Shown here one piece after another: positions 12,058 to 24,265 of a DNA stretch of 64,000 bases. How positions within the stretch are numbered: the first letter of the stretch is position 1; each line of letters starts with the position of its first letter. The stretch spans positions 125,366,001 through 125,430,000 of the forward strand of contig CM059431.1 of the NCBI GenBank assembly GCA_030390025.1, read 5' to 3'. A program made the position numbers and the translations under genes. The DNA comes from Squalus acanthias (taxonomy: Eukaryota). The notes under the pieces are model-generated. The model ran no database searches, was not told where the DNA came from, and worked only from the letters and a program-made list of their open reading frames with translations.

Positions 12058-14004
12058 GGGCCGCAATTTTGCCAGCGCTCAGAGGGCGAGTTCGGAGGCA
12101 GGTCAGTTGTTAAATTCAAAATGATTGACGGCGGGTTATCAAGCCGCCGCGATCCCGCCTCAGTGTGAGTTTCAAGCGTGTTGGGTCTGTGATCTCAGAA
12201 CAGACCCGATAGCAAGCAGCGGGTGAGGGATTTAAAACTCCTTGTTAAGTGCTTGTTAATTGCTATTTGGTCAGCCTTTTCCTATTTTCCCGTATTTTAA
12301 ACAGGTTTCACGATGTTCAGAGATCACGTCAGGTAAGTATGTCGGGAGTGGCAGCGAGCTGCATAGTTCACAGCTGCAACGGTAGTATAAAAGCTAAACT
12401 CTCACATCTGTTCACTTTCAAATGTCAGAGGTGTCTAATTTCAGGATTTGAATGACACATTTGATCTGTTTGGAGGCTGTAAGTGTGTGTTGTGAACTCT
12501 ATATGCACTGTCACCTCCTTGGAGCAAGCTCTCTCACCATTGACAGATCGCTTCTGCCATCTCAACTTCAGCTGCCATCTATTCCAGCAACATCGGTGCC
12601 CTTGAAAAAATCTCACCTTGGTCCTCAGAATCCCTCCACGATCAGCCCCAACACCAACATCATCAGGCACACCAACATCACTAACAACAACACCAACCTT
12701 CTGCGCAATCACCTGATGCTGCACAGGACAGAGGGCATCAGCACCCAACCACATTGTTGCCCAGGAGGCCAGCGATGGCATCACCATGGTCAGATTTACT
12801 TCACTTGACGCTGTACACCCTGGCTGCCACATGATGCACCAGGTTAACACTACCCCACACCAGCACCATAACACATTCCTACAATGACCAAGCTGTTCTT
12901 TTCACACTCATCACCATTGCGGGGGATACCATTATGTCTAACCATTCACTGCAACTCACAAAGACACTTCCAAAGGTGAACACAGATCTGTACAATAAAG
13001 CAAAGTGTTGAAAATAAAGATTTCAATGTTTGACAACACATTAACAGAAAATTTATATGAACATTGCATCACACACCCAAGTGTCTATCCTTGTGTGTTG
13101 TTAGTTGGTATGATGGGACTAGGATGAGGGTGAGTGTAAGGGGTGGCTAGTGAGATGGGGAAGTGTTAATGTAGATAGAGAGGGATGGGTGGAGGTGCAA
13201 GGTAAGTTGGTATGAATAAGGATGTGCAGGAGTAGGGTAGGGAAGGCAGAGTGATGGGGATGTGATGAGTGGCACAGCAGGATGAGGTTGAGTGTGGCTT
13301 TGCAGTAACGTTTCATGATCTACTGAGATCATTGAAAGGTTTGCGCCACTGCAGCCAGGGACTCTTGACGACATCACTGCTTGTGCCCTCCTGTGCAATG
13401 TGCAACCAGGCTGTGTTGGTGTCCTGGGGAGGTCTCTTCCACCCATTAGAAGGGAAGAGAACCTCCCTGCGTGCTGTGACTTCCTCCATAAGCATATGGA
13501 GGGAGTCATGCGTGAGCCTGGGTGCTGCCTATGCTTATACATGAAGAATGGTCATTTCTGTTAGGTACTGGAGGCTGTCCAGTCGAAGTTGGTGCTTTCA
13601 GGGGGAAAGGGAGAAATCTGAAGGGAGAAAAGAAAACAGAAAATACCAGAAATGCACAGCATATTCTTCAGCATCTGATAGAAGGTTAAAAAGATTTTGG
13701 ATGTGACCTTTCATCAGACCTGGCAAGGCCATGCTGGAAAAGTCCAATGCTGCAGAATACTGACAGCACAACTGTCAAAATTAATGTGGCATGGTCCCTT
13801 TAAGGAAATCGGCTGATGACACGTCATCAAATGACGTCATCAGTCCCGCTTCCTATTATTTGGCCGGGAACCCCGCAGGGCGGGCTTAACAAGGCCAATC
13901 TATGGAAAATCATTTTCAGAGAGCGGCTGCAGACGGAAGTGGGACCGGAACCCGCCAACCAGCTCTCCCGCCGCCTTCCCGTATCTGCAGGTAAAATCCT
14001 GCCC
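12058..14004 (-). mobile_element. Internally deleted Harbinger element with a Myb/SANT-like ORF relic
   Basis: Termini gggccgcaatttt / aaaatcctgccc. ORF 13313-13495 LMEEVTARREVLFP...AWLHIAQE...WLQWRKPFNDL. Confidence 0.8.
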
Positions 14005-14089
14005 ATAGGTCTTTAATTGTGTTTGTGTATTTCTAAGAATATCTCTAATAGTGTTAAATTTTCCAGTGTAATTTGTTTAGAATTTTAAG

Positions 14090-14390
14090 GACCTTTTCAA
14101 AATCAATGAAGTTAGTGATGATGCTGACAGCTTGTTTATTCATCATGCTCTCTACAATATTGTGGAGGACAAAGATTTAATTGTTACAAGAACATCCATT
14201 ACGAAACCCAACTTCCAGCCTGTTCTTCATGCATTCTCTTGTCAACAGCATTACTAATCCTATTCAGCAGCATGATGCTGAATTTGATTCCAGAGTCTCC
14301 TAGTAAAGCCATCCCATGCCAGTTGTTATATTCTGATAGTTTTCTCATTTATTGGTAGCTCTTGTGAGATCTTTGTCCCAGTACACAAGA
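14090..14390 (-). mobile_element. Ancient RTE LINE reverse-transcriptase relic
   Basis: NWHGMALL...LLNRISNAVDKRMHEEQAG/FRNGCSC..IFVLHNIVE...NFIDFEK. Confidence 0.75.
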
Positions 14391-14511
14391 TTCTTGTACA
14401 CATTACAACAGTGACTACATTTTGAAAGCATTGGCTGTAAAGTACTTTGGGACATCCTGAGGTCATGAAAGGCGATATATAAATGCAAGTCTTTCTTTTT
14501 TTTACACTTAC

Positions 14512-15477
14512 CATATAGATGTGTTGTCTATTTTGCCAATGTAAGGCAGATTTTCCAATTCTGTCTTCTTTGAAGACATATAGGGCCAGAAATTCGGCTC
14601 TCCGGCTTCCTGCGGGTACAAGCATCACGCGTGTACTTGCCTACCGCGCCTGCCGTTGTGCTTCGGGCCCACGAGGACTTCGGCTCTTGGGCCTCCTGCA
14701 GCTGCCGGCGTGCAGTGCTTGCGTATCCCAGGGGCGCAGTTAGTTCGAAGTGTCCCCTGGGATCACGTGGGCCATGGAGAGCCAATGGAGAGCATTTTCA
14801 TTCATAGATTTGACAGGAAGATCTGTCAAATCTATGAATAGAGATCAGCCCCAAAACCACACTTAAACTTCAAATACATTTTTTAAAAAACATCACATTT
14901 TTAAAATAACTATAAGTTACATAAATTAACTACTTTAAACAAAAATTTAAATTTTTGAAAAAATTAATTATACTTTTTAACGGTGCTAAAAATAAACTTA
15001 CCTTTCTTTAAAGTATGTAAAAAAGATAAACCTGTTGAAAAAATGATTAAATTATAATTAATTAACCACTTACCTTGTTAAAAACAGGCCTTGCGCCTCC
15101 TTTTTAAAAGTGCAGCTTTTCCATACTTACCCTCACGGAGAAACCTGAAAAAAAACGAAGTTCGCTGCGTGCGCGCTGCCTCTACCGCGCACACGTTCGA
15201 CTTCTGAACCCCTTCCTTCAGGGGAACGGAAGTTCCGGTTTCCCGCGCATGCGCAGTGCATGCGTGAAACCGGCACTTCAGGTGGCCTTACGGGTGAGTA
15301 CACAACGCGTACTCACCTGACAAGAGCCGAATTTTTGGCCCATAATCTTGCAGTGAGCTTTGTGCTGATGCATCCTGTGCACATCCAATCCCATCGGCTC
15401 TTGCAGTGTCCGCTCTATTTTACACTTGCATATTTGTGTTCTTGGGTTCTGTCACTTGCTCCACAACATTTTCATTT
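14512..15477 (-). pseudogene. Dynein relic exon, AAA6, interrupted by MITE 14583-15341
   Basis: Acceptor ctgacactag| and donor ATG|GTAAGT. Removing the MITE plus one ATA copy restores the frame: GIGCAQDASAQSSLQDYMSSKKTELENLPY, resembling SLGQGQGPIAEKMIEEAM.EG.WVLLQNCHL. Confidence 0.55.
14583..15341. mobile_element. Harbinger-type MITE inserted in a dynein relic exon
   Basis: TIRs gggccagaaattcggctc / gagccgaatttttggccc, TSD ATA. A close inverted homologue lies at 46938-47703. Confidence 0.9.
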
Positions 15478-16080
15478 CTAGTGTCAGTAAATTGTTAATA
15501 ACCATGTATTTCACTTGTGACATACTCTTGATATCTTAAAAAAATCGGGAATATCTCCACATCAAAGTAGTGGGCCAATGCAATGATAAGGAAAGCAATT
15601 TCTAATCGCAAGTCACTCCATAATCTGAGCGTGAAATAATTGGACTGGAAAAAAAGTGATCTTTTCACGATAAAAAATTAAACCACAAGCAACTTTGCTG
15701 ATTTCTTTGACTACAATTATGTAATGTCATCTTTTGGGAGCGTCACCTCACAAAATTTACCCTATAATAAGACAAATGGCAACACAGAGGACTAACTGGA
15801 TGACCCATGAGCGATGAAATCTTGAGTTGGTTATAGTCAACCTTGATTTATAGAGATGTTTCTCATAACATATTCATAACTTCTTCACTTGTGAGTTATC
15901 TAGTAAGCCTCACGTAGTGGTAGTTATATTATCACTTTACTGACCATGATAGATTTTCCACGCAATGACTATAAATAGGCAGAAATCCTTACTATCTCCA
16001 GGAAAAGTAATTCTTTGAAATTGCGTGGAACTGGCGAGAGTGCAATTTCATAAAATCGTTTCTATGTTATTAATACTAAC

Positions 16081-16329
16081 AGATATTTGAAAGTGAATTT
16101 AGAATTGTAATTCCATCCCAGAGTTTGGATGACCAAAATAAGAGCCAATTTTCCTCTGCTTGGTGCCCAGGGAATGTTTATTTCCCAGCAGTGGACAAAG
16201 GAGCGAAGATTCCTGACAATGGGCCTCAATCCCCTTTGTGTTGCCAACAGCATTGTAATTATACGTTGATGAGGCAGGAGAGCTTCATCATGCCTCTGAC
16301 TTATTTTACGGGTCTACACTTGTTGGAAC
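16081..16329 (-). pseudogene. Dynein relic exon, pre-AAA6
   Basis: Acceptor catgtttag| and donor |gttagt. DEALLPHQRIITMLL...IVRNLRSFV resembles ..KLSPFQKLLILR.LRPD.V.PAVQNFV. Confidence 0.5.
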
Positions 16330-16531
16330 CTAAACATGAGAATTCCACATATACTTGCCGCTTGTGCCCAGCACTCACAGATTAGGAGATCTGAGTGGGG
16401 CTAGGAACAAAGTTCTGGAAGCTGAAAGAAAGGTAGGTGCATTTTCTTTCACAGGGCCAGCACGACAGGCATATGAGGCAGCACTATACCAAAGACATGG
16501 GCGCAATGGCAAATGAAATTTAATACCTCAC

Positions 16532-16866
16532 CAGAATGGAAAAGTAAGTGTGAACATTTCAACAGATTTAAAATATACTTGTGGGCATTATGGCAACCAG
16601 CTCAGGCTTTAAATTCCTGAAGGTCCACTCAGCTGCACTTTTACCAGCAGAGACCCCATCCCAACTCCTGGAAATGGGATTATCTGCACAGCTGGAACAG
16701 ACCATGCATGCCTGCAAGGGTACATCAGTGGTACCTGCTCCAAACCTTTGGCTGATAGTTGGAGAAGCATCATGCTGCTCTGATGCCACGGTAAGTGCTT
16801 GACCAAATATTACGTTCTGGATCTTCGGGATGCCTTACCTTTCTCTAGTAAAGGTTCTGCTAAGGC
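16532..16866 (-). pseudogene. Dynein relic exon, AAA5-AAA6 linker region
   Basis: Acceptor cttttacgcctttcatag| and donor CTG|GTGAGG. YLVKHLPWHQSSMMLLQL resembles NVCRSLFEKHKLLFSFLL. After a frameshift, SRSWDGV...TFRNL resembles DKSW..I...AFKGL. Confidence 0.5.
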
Positions 16867-17299
16867 CTATGAAAGGCGTAAAAGGGAAGAACTCACAGTG
16901 TGCATGGGAACTCTTCCATACCCCTTGATAAGGGTGCAAGGCAAAGGTTCTGCCCATTCCCTCTCCCCTTGCCCCACCAGCAATAGGAAAATGATGAAAT
17001 GACAACTATGAGGAGGATTTTCCCCATTTTCATATCGCCCATTGGGTGATCTGCCCCAGTTCTGTTCAGGGCTCGATTGGAATTTCGGGCACCTCGTGAT
17101 TCCTACCACTCAGTATGATAAGCTATTTGAAATAGCATCAATTAGGGAATGCACATTCTCACAAAACAAGAATTGACCCACTCGTCACACTCACGCGACA
17201 TAAGTAACTCAAAGGACTGAACGTATGGAAGGTGAATAAAGTTCACACCTTCACAGTCACTGCACCTACTTTTGAATGCAAAGGAAAAATAGAATGCTA

Positions 17300-19620
17300 A
17301 TACTGTAGAGTCATGATTCTGTAGTAAGTCATGTAAATCTATATAGCACTGCAGGAGAAGGTGGATTTAACAGAAGGCAGGCCAAAGCTCCTGGAAGAGG
17401 ACCTGGTATAGTAATGGTAGTCAACCTATTTGAGGAAAAGGCAATATAGTTCCAGCCATGCAATGAGAGAGGAGATAGTGCAGTGGGTGAACTTGTCCCC
17501 AGTGAGATTTGTTGCTCTCATTCCTTCTTTCCGTCTCAGTCATGGTTATGTGTCTTAAAATGACAACTTTCAGGTACTTTTCATCTAGATAAGTGTTATG
17601 ATGAGGCTCATGAATAAACATTCACCTAACCTATATGAATGTTCCCTCTTTATATCTTTGCAGCAATGGCAGCACAATCATAGACCAGACACTCCGTAAA
17701 ACATGCAAGAAGCACCTCATCAGGCAGCTTACCACAATTTCCATACAGCAGTCCAGTTTCATCCACTCAGGGGGGAAGTATGACTATGAGGGGAGCACTG
17801 AGGTGGAATCACTGAGGACTAGAGAACAAGAACCAGAAGAGCAGGGGAGCAAGAAAAAGAGACCCCTCAGCAGGGCATAAGTGATCCTTCTCCAGCAGCT
17901 GCACAGGCAGTGGACTAAGAGCTTTTTGGTCATGCATTCAGTAGAAGAATGCTTTCAGAGCATAATATACTGTTGTAGTCAGCTTCCACATAAAGAGTTC
18001 GAGTGTGGAAGAGTCCACATCCCACAAGTGTGCAATATTAATGCAGGGCATTGAAAGCAGGCAGAAATCCTTGATGTGAGTGGCAGCTCCAGAGCCATCA
18101 GTCAAACAGACCCTCACATTTGAGGCACTCTCACAAATGCTCAAACTGCTCCATAAACAACCCTTTATCTGCACTGTGACAGGCTCACAAAAGAGGTAGC
18201 TCAAACCAGGAGAGAAATAGTTTCTGCCATCGTATCATGGGGAATGATGACCCTCAGAATTTGGGGCAGAGAGGCACAGAGGCTTGGAGAAGGGTTAGAT
18301 TGGAACAGGAAAATTTTGCACAGGAGCCTGAAAACAGCCACGATCAGATTGTCCCTACAGCAGCAGATGAGTCACAGCCTGAAGCTGAACCATCTGGTGT
18401 GCAAACTCGCAGAGACTGAAAGTCACCTTGTGTCCTGGAACCTGACAATGACACACAGCTGCATCCTCCTGTCCTGTTCCTGCCTCAGGGAAAGCATTTA
18501 GACAAAGCACCAGACCAATTAACAATGCACAAAACAGCCGCTGTTAGAAAGGGGAAGCACCATGGTGGAAAGAATTGGGTGACAGTTACAATTAGATATC
18601 TGTGCAATAAATGTGTTGGCTGCAATTCATGTAAAGACCCTTTGATGTTATTGCAAGTTCAAATTTTTGCAGTAGGTTGAATGAATGGTACTGTGGATTG
18701 ATTCAGCGTTCTTTTTTCTGGAATGTCTCTTTTGTAACATAAAGATCAAGAGGCAGGGGTGAAATGTAACAGTTTTATTGGAAGAAGGTTTCCAGGATGA
18801 GATTTCTCCGGATGCTTTGGCTAGCAGCAACCTGATGCCCTGTGCTCTGTCTGGAGCCATGGTTTGCGGAAGCCTTCTGCTCTTTCTCAACCCACTCCAC
18901 CTCTTACTCCTCCCGGTGGATGCTCCTTTCAATGGCTAGGTTGAGAAGAATACAGAAAACCACTACGATCCAGGATAGCTTCCCTGGACTATATTGCAGG
19001 ACGCCTCCAGAATGATTCCGGCATCAAAATCTCTGCTTCAGAATGCGAAGAGTATTTTCAATGGTCACTCTGGAGGAACCACGCGCTTCATTATATTTCT
19101 GCTGTGCTTCATTAGATGGGGCCTGCAGGTACCTGAGATTTCAGTCAGCCATTGTCGGTCATCAGACAACGATGGAATGAGAAATTGTCGGAGGATGAAG
19201 GCATTGTGCAGTCTGCCAGAGAACATGGAATCCACCTGCACAATTTTGTGCTGCTGATCGCACACTAGCTGGACACTAATGAAGTAGCATTCCTCTTTGT
19301 GGGAGCCCAGAAACAACATCAATCATGGGTCCTATCAATCATACCACGCACCTTGGACAAGCCAGCAAGTCGGTAAATACCAAGGAGATGTGCTTTCTGC
19401 TCCCCGGCATCCATGGAGAACACACTTTATTAGCAATCAAGGCAGCAGTGACCTGGTGGATGCTCTTATGTACTGCCAACTGCTTTATGCAAGCTATGTC
19501 CCAAGTGACGCACTGAAACTATCCAGTACCGTAAAATGCCATGGTTATTTTCACTGGCACAGATAGTGTAATGAAGGACCATGGTTTCAAGCCTTCCACC
19601 AGCAGATGACACAAATCTTT
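17300..19620. mobile_element. Old Harbinger relic (transposase on -, probable accessory ORF debris on +)
   Basis: ISVQLVCDQQHKIVQVDSMFSGRLHNAFILRQ at 19065-19322 resembles NVQLVCD...PGS.HDAFILRQ. Boundaries approximate. Confidence 0.65.
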
Positions 19621-19624
19621 GACA

Positions 19625-20935
19625 ACCTCCCTGCTAAACAGAAGCATCCCTTCTACTGATAAACAAAACCAACCATTAACCCCTCCATCCTTGCAAACTA
19701 CCGCCCCATCTCCAGCCTCCCTTTCCTCTCAAGTCCTTGAACGTGCTGCCACCTCCCAAATCCGTGCTGATCTTTTCCGGAACTCCATGTTTGAATCCCT
19801 CCAGTCAGGTTTCCGCCCTTGCCACAGTACCGGAATGGCTCTTATCAAAGTCACAAATGACATCCTATATGTGACAAAGCTAAACTATCCCTTCTCGTCT
19901 ATCTTGACCTGTCTGCAGCCTTTGATCCTGTTGATCACATTATCCTGCTCCAACGCTTCTCCACCGTCATCCAGCTGGGTGGGACTGCACTCGCCTGGTT
20001 CCATTCTTATCTATCCAGTCGTAGCCAGAGAATCACCTTAAATGGGTTCTCTTCCACCTCCTGCATTATTACCTCTGGTGTCCCCCAAGGATCTATCCTT
20101 GGCCCCCTGTTATTTCTCATCTACATGCTGTCCCTTGGCGACATCATCTGAAAACACAGCGTCAGTTTCCACACGTACGCCGACGACACTCAGCTCTACC
20201 TCACCACCACTTCTCTCGACCCTTCCATTGTCTCTAAATTGTCAGACTGCTGGTCCGACATCCAGTACTGGATAAGCAGAAATTTCCTCCAACTAAATAT
20301 CGGGAAGTCCGAAGTCATTGTCTTAGGTCTCTGCCACAAACTCTGGTCCCTAGCCATCGACTCCATCCCTCTCCCCGACAACTGTCTGAGGCTGAACAAG
20401 ACAGTTTGCAACCTAGGTGTCATATTTCACCCTGAAATGAGCTTCCGACCACATATCCAAGCCATCACTAAGACCGCCTATTTCCACCTCAAGAACTTTG
20501 CCCAACTCCACCCCTGCCTCAGCTCATCTGTTGCTGAAATCTTCATCCATGCCTTTCTTACCTCTAGACTTGACTATTCTAATGCACCCCTGGCCAGCCT
20601 CCCACGTTCTACCCTCCGTAAACTTGTGGTCATCCAAAACTCGGCCGCCCATGTCCTAATTTGCAGCAAGTCCCATTCACCCATCAACCCTGTGTTTGCT
20701 GACCTACATTGGCTCCCGGTTAAGCAATGCCTCGAATTTAAAATTCCATTCCTTGTTTTCAAATCCCTCCATAATCTAGCCCCTCCCTGTCTCTATAATC
20801 TCCTCCAGCCCTACAAATCTCCGAGATATCTGTGCTTCTCCAATTCTGGCCTCTTGAGCATCCCTGATTTTAATCACCCCAACTTTGGCAGCCGTGTCTT
20901 CAGCTGCCAAGGCCCTAAGCTCTGGAATTCCCTCT
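19625..20935 (+). mobile_element. L2 LINE 3' half
   Basis: QSGFRPCHST, GVPQGSILGP, YADDTQLY, NFLQLNIGKSE, SRLDYSNA and LHWLPVKQ, with frameshifts. Confidence 0.92.
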
Positions 20936-21114
20936 TGTATTTATATACTTGTATACGGCTTTTAACATAGTAAAACAAAATTTGACAACGAGCCTCATAA
21001 GGATAAATTAAGGCAGATGACCAAAAGCTTGATCAAAGAGGTAGTTTTTAAGGAATGTCTTAATGGAGGAAAGAGAGGTAGAGAGGCGGAGAGGTTGAGG
21101 GAGGGAATTCCCTT

Positions 21115-23830
21115 GGTCAAATGCTGCCTTGATGTCAAGGACAGTCACTTACACCTCACCTCTGGAATTCAGCTCATCTGTTCATTTAAAAAAAAATTAT
21201 TCCTGGGATGTGGGTGTCACTGGCAAGGCCAGCATTTATTGGCCATCCCTATTTGCCCTTGAGAAGGTGGTGGTGAGCTGCCTTTTTGAACCGCTGCAGT
21301 TCTTGTCGTGAAGGTACTCCCACAGTGCTGTTAGGGTGGGAGTTACAGGATTTTGACCCAGCGACAATGAAGTAGCGGTCATATATTTCCAAGTCAGGAT
21401 GGTGTGTGACTTGGAAGGGAACTTGAAGATGATGGTGTTCCCACGTTCCTGTTGCCCTTGTCCTTCTTGGTGGTAGAGTTCGCGGGTTTGGGCTGTGATG
21501 CCGAAGAAGCCTTGGGGCGATGCTGCAGTGCATCTTTTAGATGGTATACACTGCAGCCATATTGCGCCTGTGGTGGAGGGGGTGAATGGTTAAGGTGCTG
21601 GATGGGGTGCCAATCAAGGGAGCTGCTTTGTCCTGGATGGTGTCAAGCTTCTTTGTGTTGTTGGAGGTGCACTCATCCAGGCAAGTGGAGAGTATTCCAT
21701 CACACTCCTGACTTGTGCCTGGTGGAAAGGCTTTGGGGAGTCAGGAGGTGAGACACTCACCGCAGAATATCCAGCCTCTGACCTGCTCTTATAGCTACAA
21801 TATTTATGTGGCTGGTCCAGTTAAGTTTCTGGTCAATGATAACCCCCAGGATGTTGATGGTGGGAGATTCGGCGATGGTAATGCTGTTGACAGTCATGGG
21901 GCAGTGGTTAGAGTCTCTCTTGTTGGGGATAGCCATTGCCTGGCACTTGTGTGGCACAAATGTTACTTGCCACTTATCAGCAGGTCTTGCTAAATGCGAG
22001 CATGGACTGCTTCATTATCTGAAGAATTGTGAATGGAACGGAACACTGCAATCATCAGCGAACATCCCCACTTCTGACCTTATGATGGAGGGAAGGTCAT
22101 TGATGAAGTTGCTGAAGATGGTTGGGACGAGGACACCGCCTTGAGGAACTCCTGCAGTGATGTCCTGGGGCTGAGATGATTGACCTCCAACAACCACAAC
22201 CATCTTCCTTTGTGCTAGGTATGACTCCAGCCAATGGAAAGTTTTCCACCTGATTCCCATTGACTTCAATTTTACTTGGGCTCCTTGATGCCACACTCAG
22301 TCAAATGCTGCCTTGATGTCAAGGGCATTCATTCTCACTTCACCTCTGGGATTCAGCTCTTTTATCCATGTTTGGTCCAAGGCTGTAATGAGGTCTGGAG
22401 ACGAGTGGTCCTGGCGGAACCCAAACTGACCACCGTGAGCAGGTTATCGGTGAGTAAGTGCAGCTTGATAGCATTTTCGATGACACCTTCTGTCACTTTG
22501 CTGTTGATTAAGAGTAGACTGATGGGGCAGTATTGGTTGGATTGGATTTCTTCTTGCTTTTTATAGACAGGACATACCTGGGCAGTTTTCCACATTGTCA
22601 GCTAGATGCCAGTGTTGTAGCTGTACTGGAACAGCTTGGCTAGAGTCCTGGCTAGTTCTGAAGCACAAGTCTTCAGCACAACAGCCGGGATTGTTGTCAG
22701 GGCCCATAGCCTTTGCTGTATCCAGTGTGCTCAGCCGTTTCTTGATATCACGTGGAGTGAATCGAATTGGTTGAAGACTGGCTGAGGAGGCCGAGATGGA
22801 TCATCCATTTGGCACTTCTGGCTGAAGATGGTTGCAAAACGCTTCAGCCTTGTCTTTTGTACTAACATGCTGGGCTCCGCCATCATTGCGGATGGGGATA
22901 TTCATGGAGCCTCCTCCTCCTGTTAGTTGTTTAATTGTCCACCACCATTCATGACTGGATATGGCAGGACTGCAGAGCTTTTATGTGATCCATTGATTGT
23001 GGGATCACTTAACTCTGTCTGAAGCATGCTGCTTCTGCTGTTTAGCATGCATGTAGTCCTGTGTTGCAGCTTCCTCAGGTTGGTACCCCATTTACAGGTA
23101 CGCCTGGTGCTGCTCCTGGCATGCTCTTCTGCACTCCTCATTGAACCAGCGTTGGTCCCTGGCGTGATGGCAATGGTAGAGTGAGGGATATGCCAGGTCA
23201 TGAGGTTACAGATTGTGGTGGAATACAGTTCTGCTGCTGCTGATGGCCCACAGCGCCTCATGGATGCCCAATTTTGAGCTGCTAGATCTCTTCTGAACCT
23301 ATCCCATTTAGCACAATGGTAGTGCCACACAACACAATCGCGGGTGTCCTCAATTTGAAGACGGGACTTCGACTCCACAATGACTGTGCGGTGGTCGCTG
23401 CTACCAATGTTGTCATGGACAGATGCATCTGTGACAGCTAGATTGGTGAGGATGAGGTCAAGTAGGTTTTTTCCTTGTGTTGGTTCTCTCACCACCTGCC
23501 GCAGGCTCAGTCTGTCAGTTATGTCCTTCAGGACTCGGCCAGCTCGGTCAGTATTGGTGCTACTGAGCTACTCTTGGTGATGGACATTGAAGTCCCCCAC
23601 CCAGAGTACATTCTGTGCCCTTGCTACCCTCAGTGCTTCTTCCAAGTGGTGTTCAACATGGAGGTGTATTAATTCATCAGCTGAGGGAGGTAATAATCAG
23701 CAGGAGCTTTCCTTGCTATGCTTGACCTGAAGCTGTGAAACTTCATGGGGTCTGGAGTCAATGTTGAGCACTCCCAGGGCCACTCCCTCCCGACTGTATA
23801 CCACTGTGCCGCCACCCCTGGTGGTTCTGT
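21115..23830 (-). mobile_element. CR1-group LINE of a second family (endonuclease end plus RT), degenerate
   Basis: PTQGKNLLDLILTN...SDH, WKTAQVCPVYKK and GVPQGGVLVPTIFSNFINDL...MFADDC. 3' end with poly(A) at ~21190. Confidence 0.88.
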
Positions 23831-23964
23831 CCCCGGACGTTAGTGAGGAGGTCTTTGCAGTGTCAACTGGGCTGGGTGTGCCGTTGTCGTGTCCGAAGCT
23901 GGTGCCTAGGTCGATGCTGGATGGTCCGACCGGTTTTATTCTTATTATTTCCCGTAGCGGTTTT

Positions 23965-24265
23965 GTATAACTGAGTGGCTTGCTCGGTCATTTCAGAGGG
24001 CAGTTAAGAGTCAACCACATTGCTATGGGTCTGGAGTCACATATAAGCCAGACCCCGTAAGGACGGCATATTTCCTTCCCTAAAGGATATTAGTGAACCA
24101 GATGGGTTTTTACAATAATCTGATAGTTTCATGGTTAACATTACTGATACTCGCTTTTCATTCCAGATTTATTTAATTAACTGAATTTAAATTCCCCAGT
24201 TGCCATTGTTGGGATTTGAACTCACGTCTCTGGATCATTAGTCCAGGCCTCTGGATTACTAGTCC
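23965..24265 (-). mobile_element. tRNA-derived SINE fragment, same family as 54515-55870
   Basis: GGACTAGTAATCCAGAGGCCTGGACTAATGATCC...GAGTTCAAATCCC head and a body shared with the 54515 copy. Confidence 0.8.
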
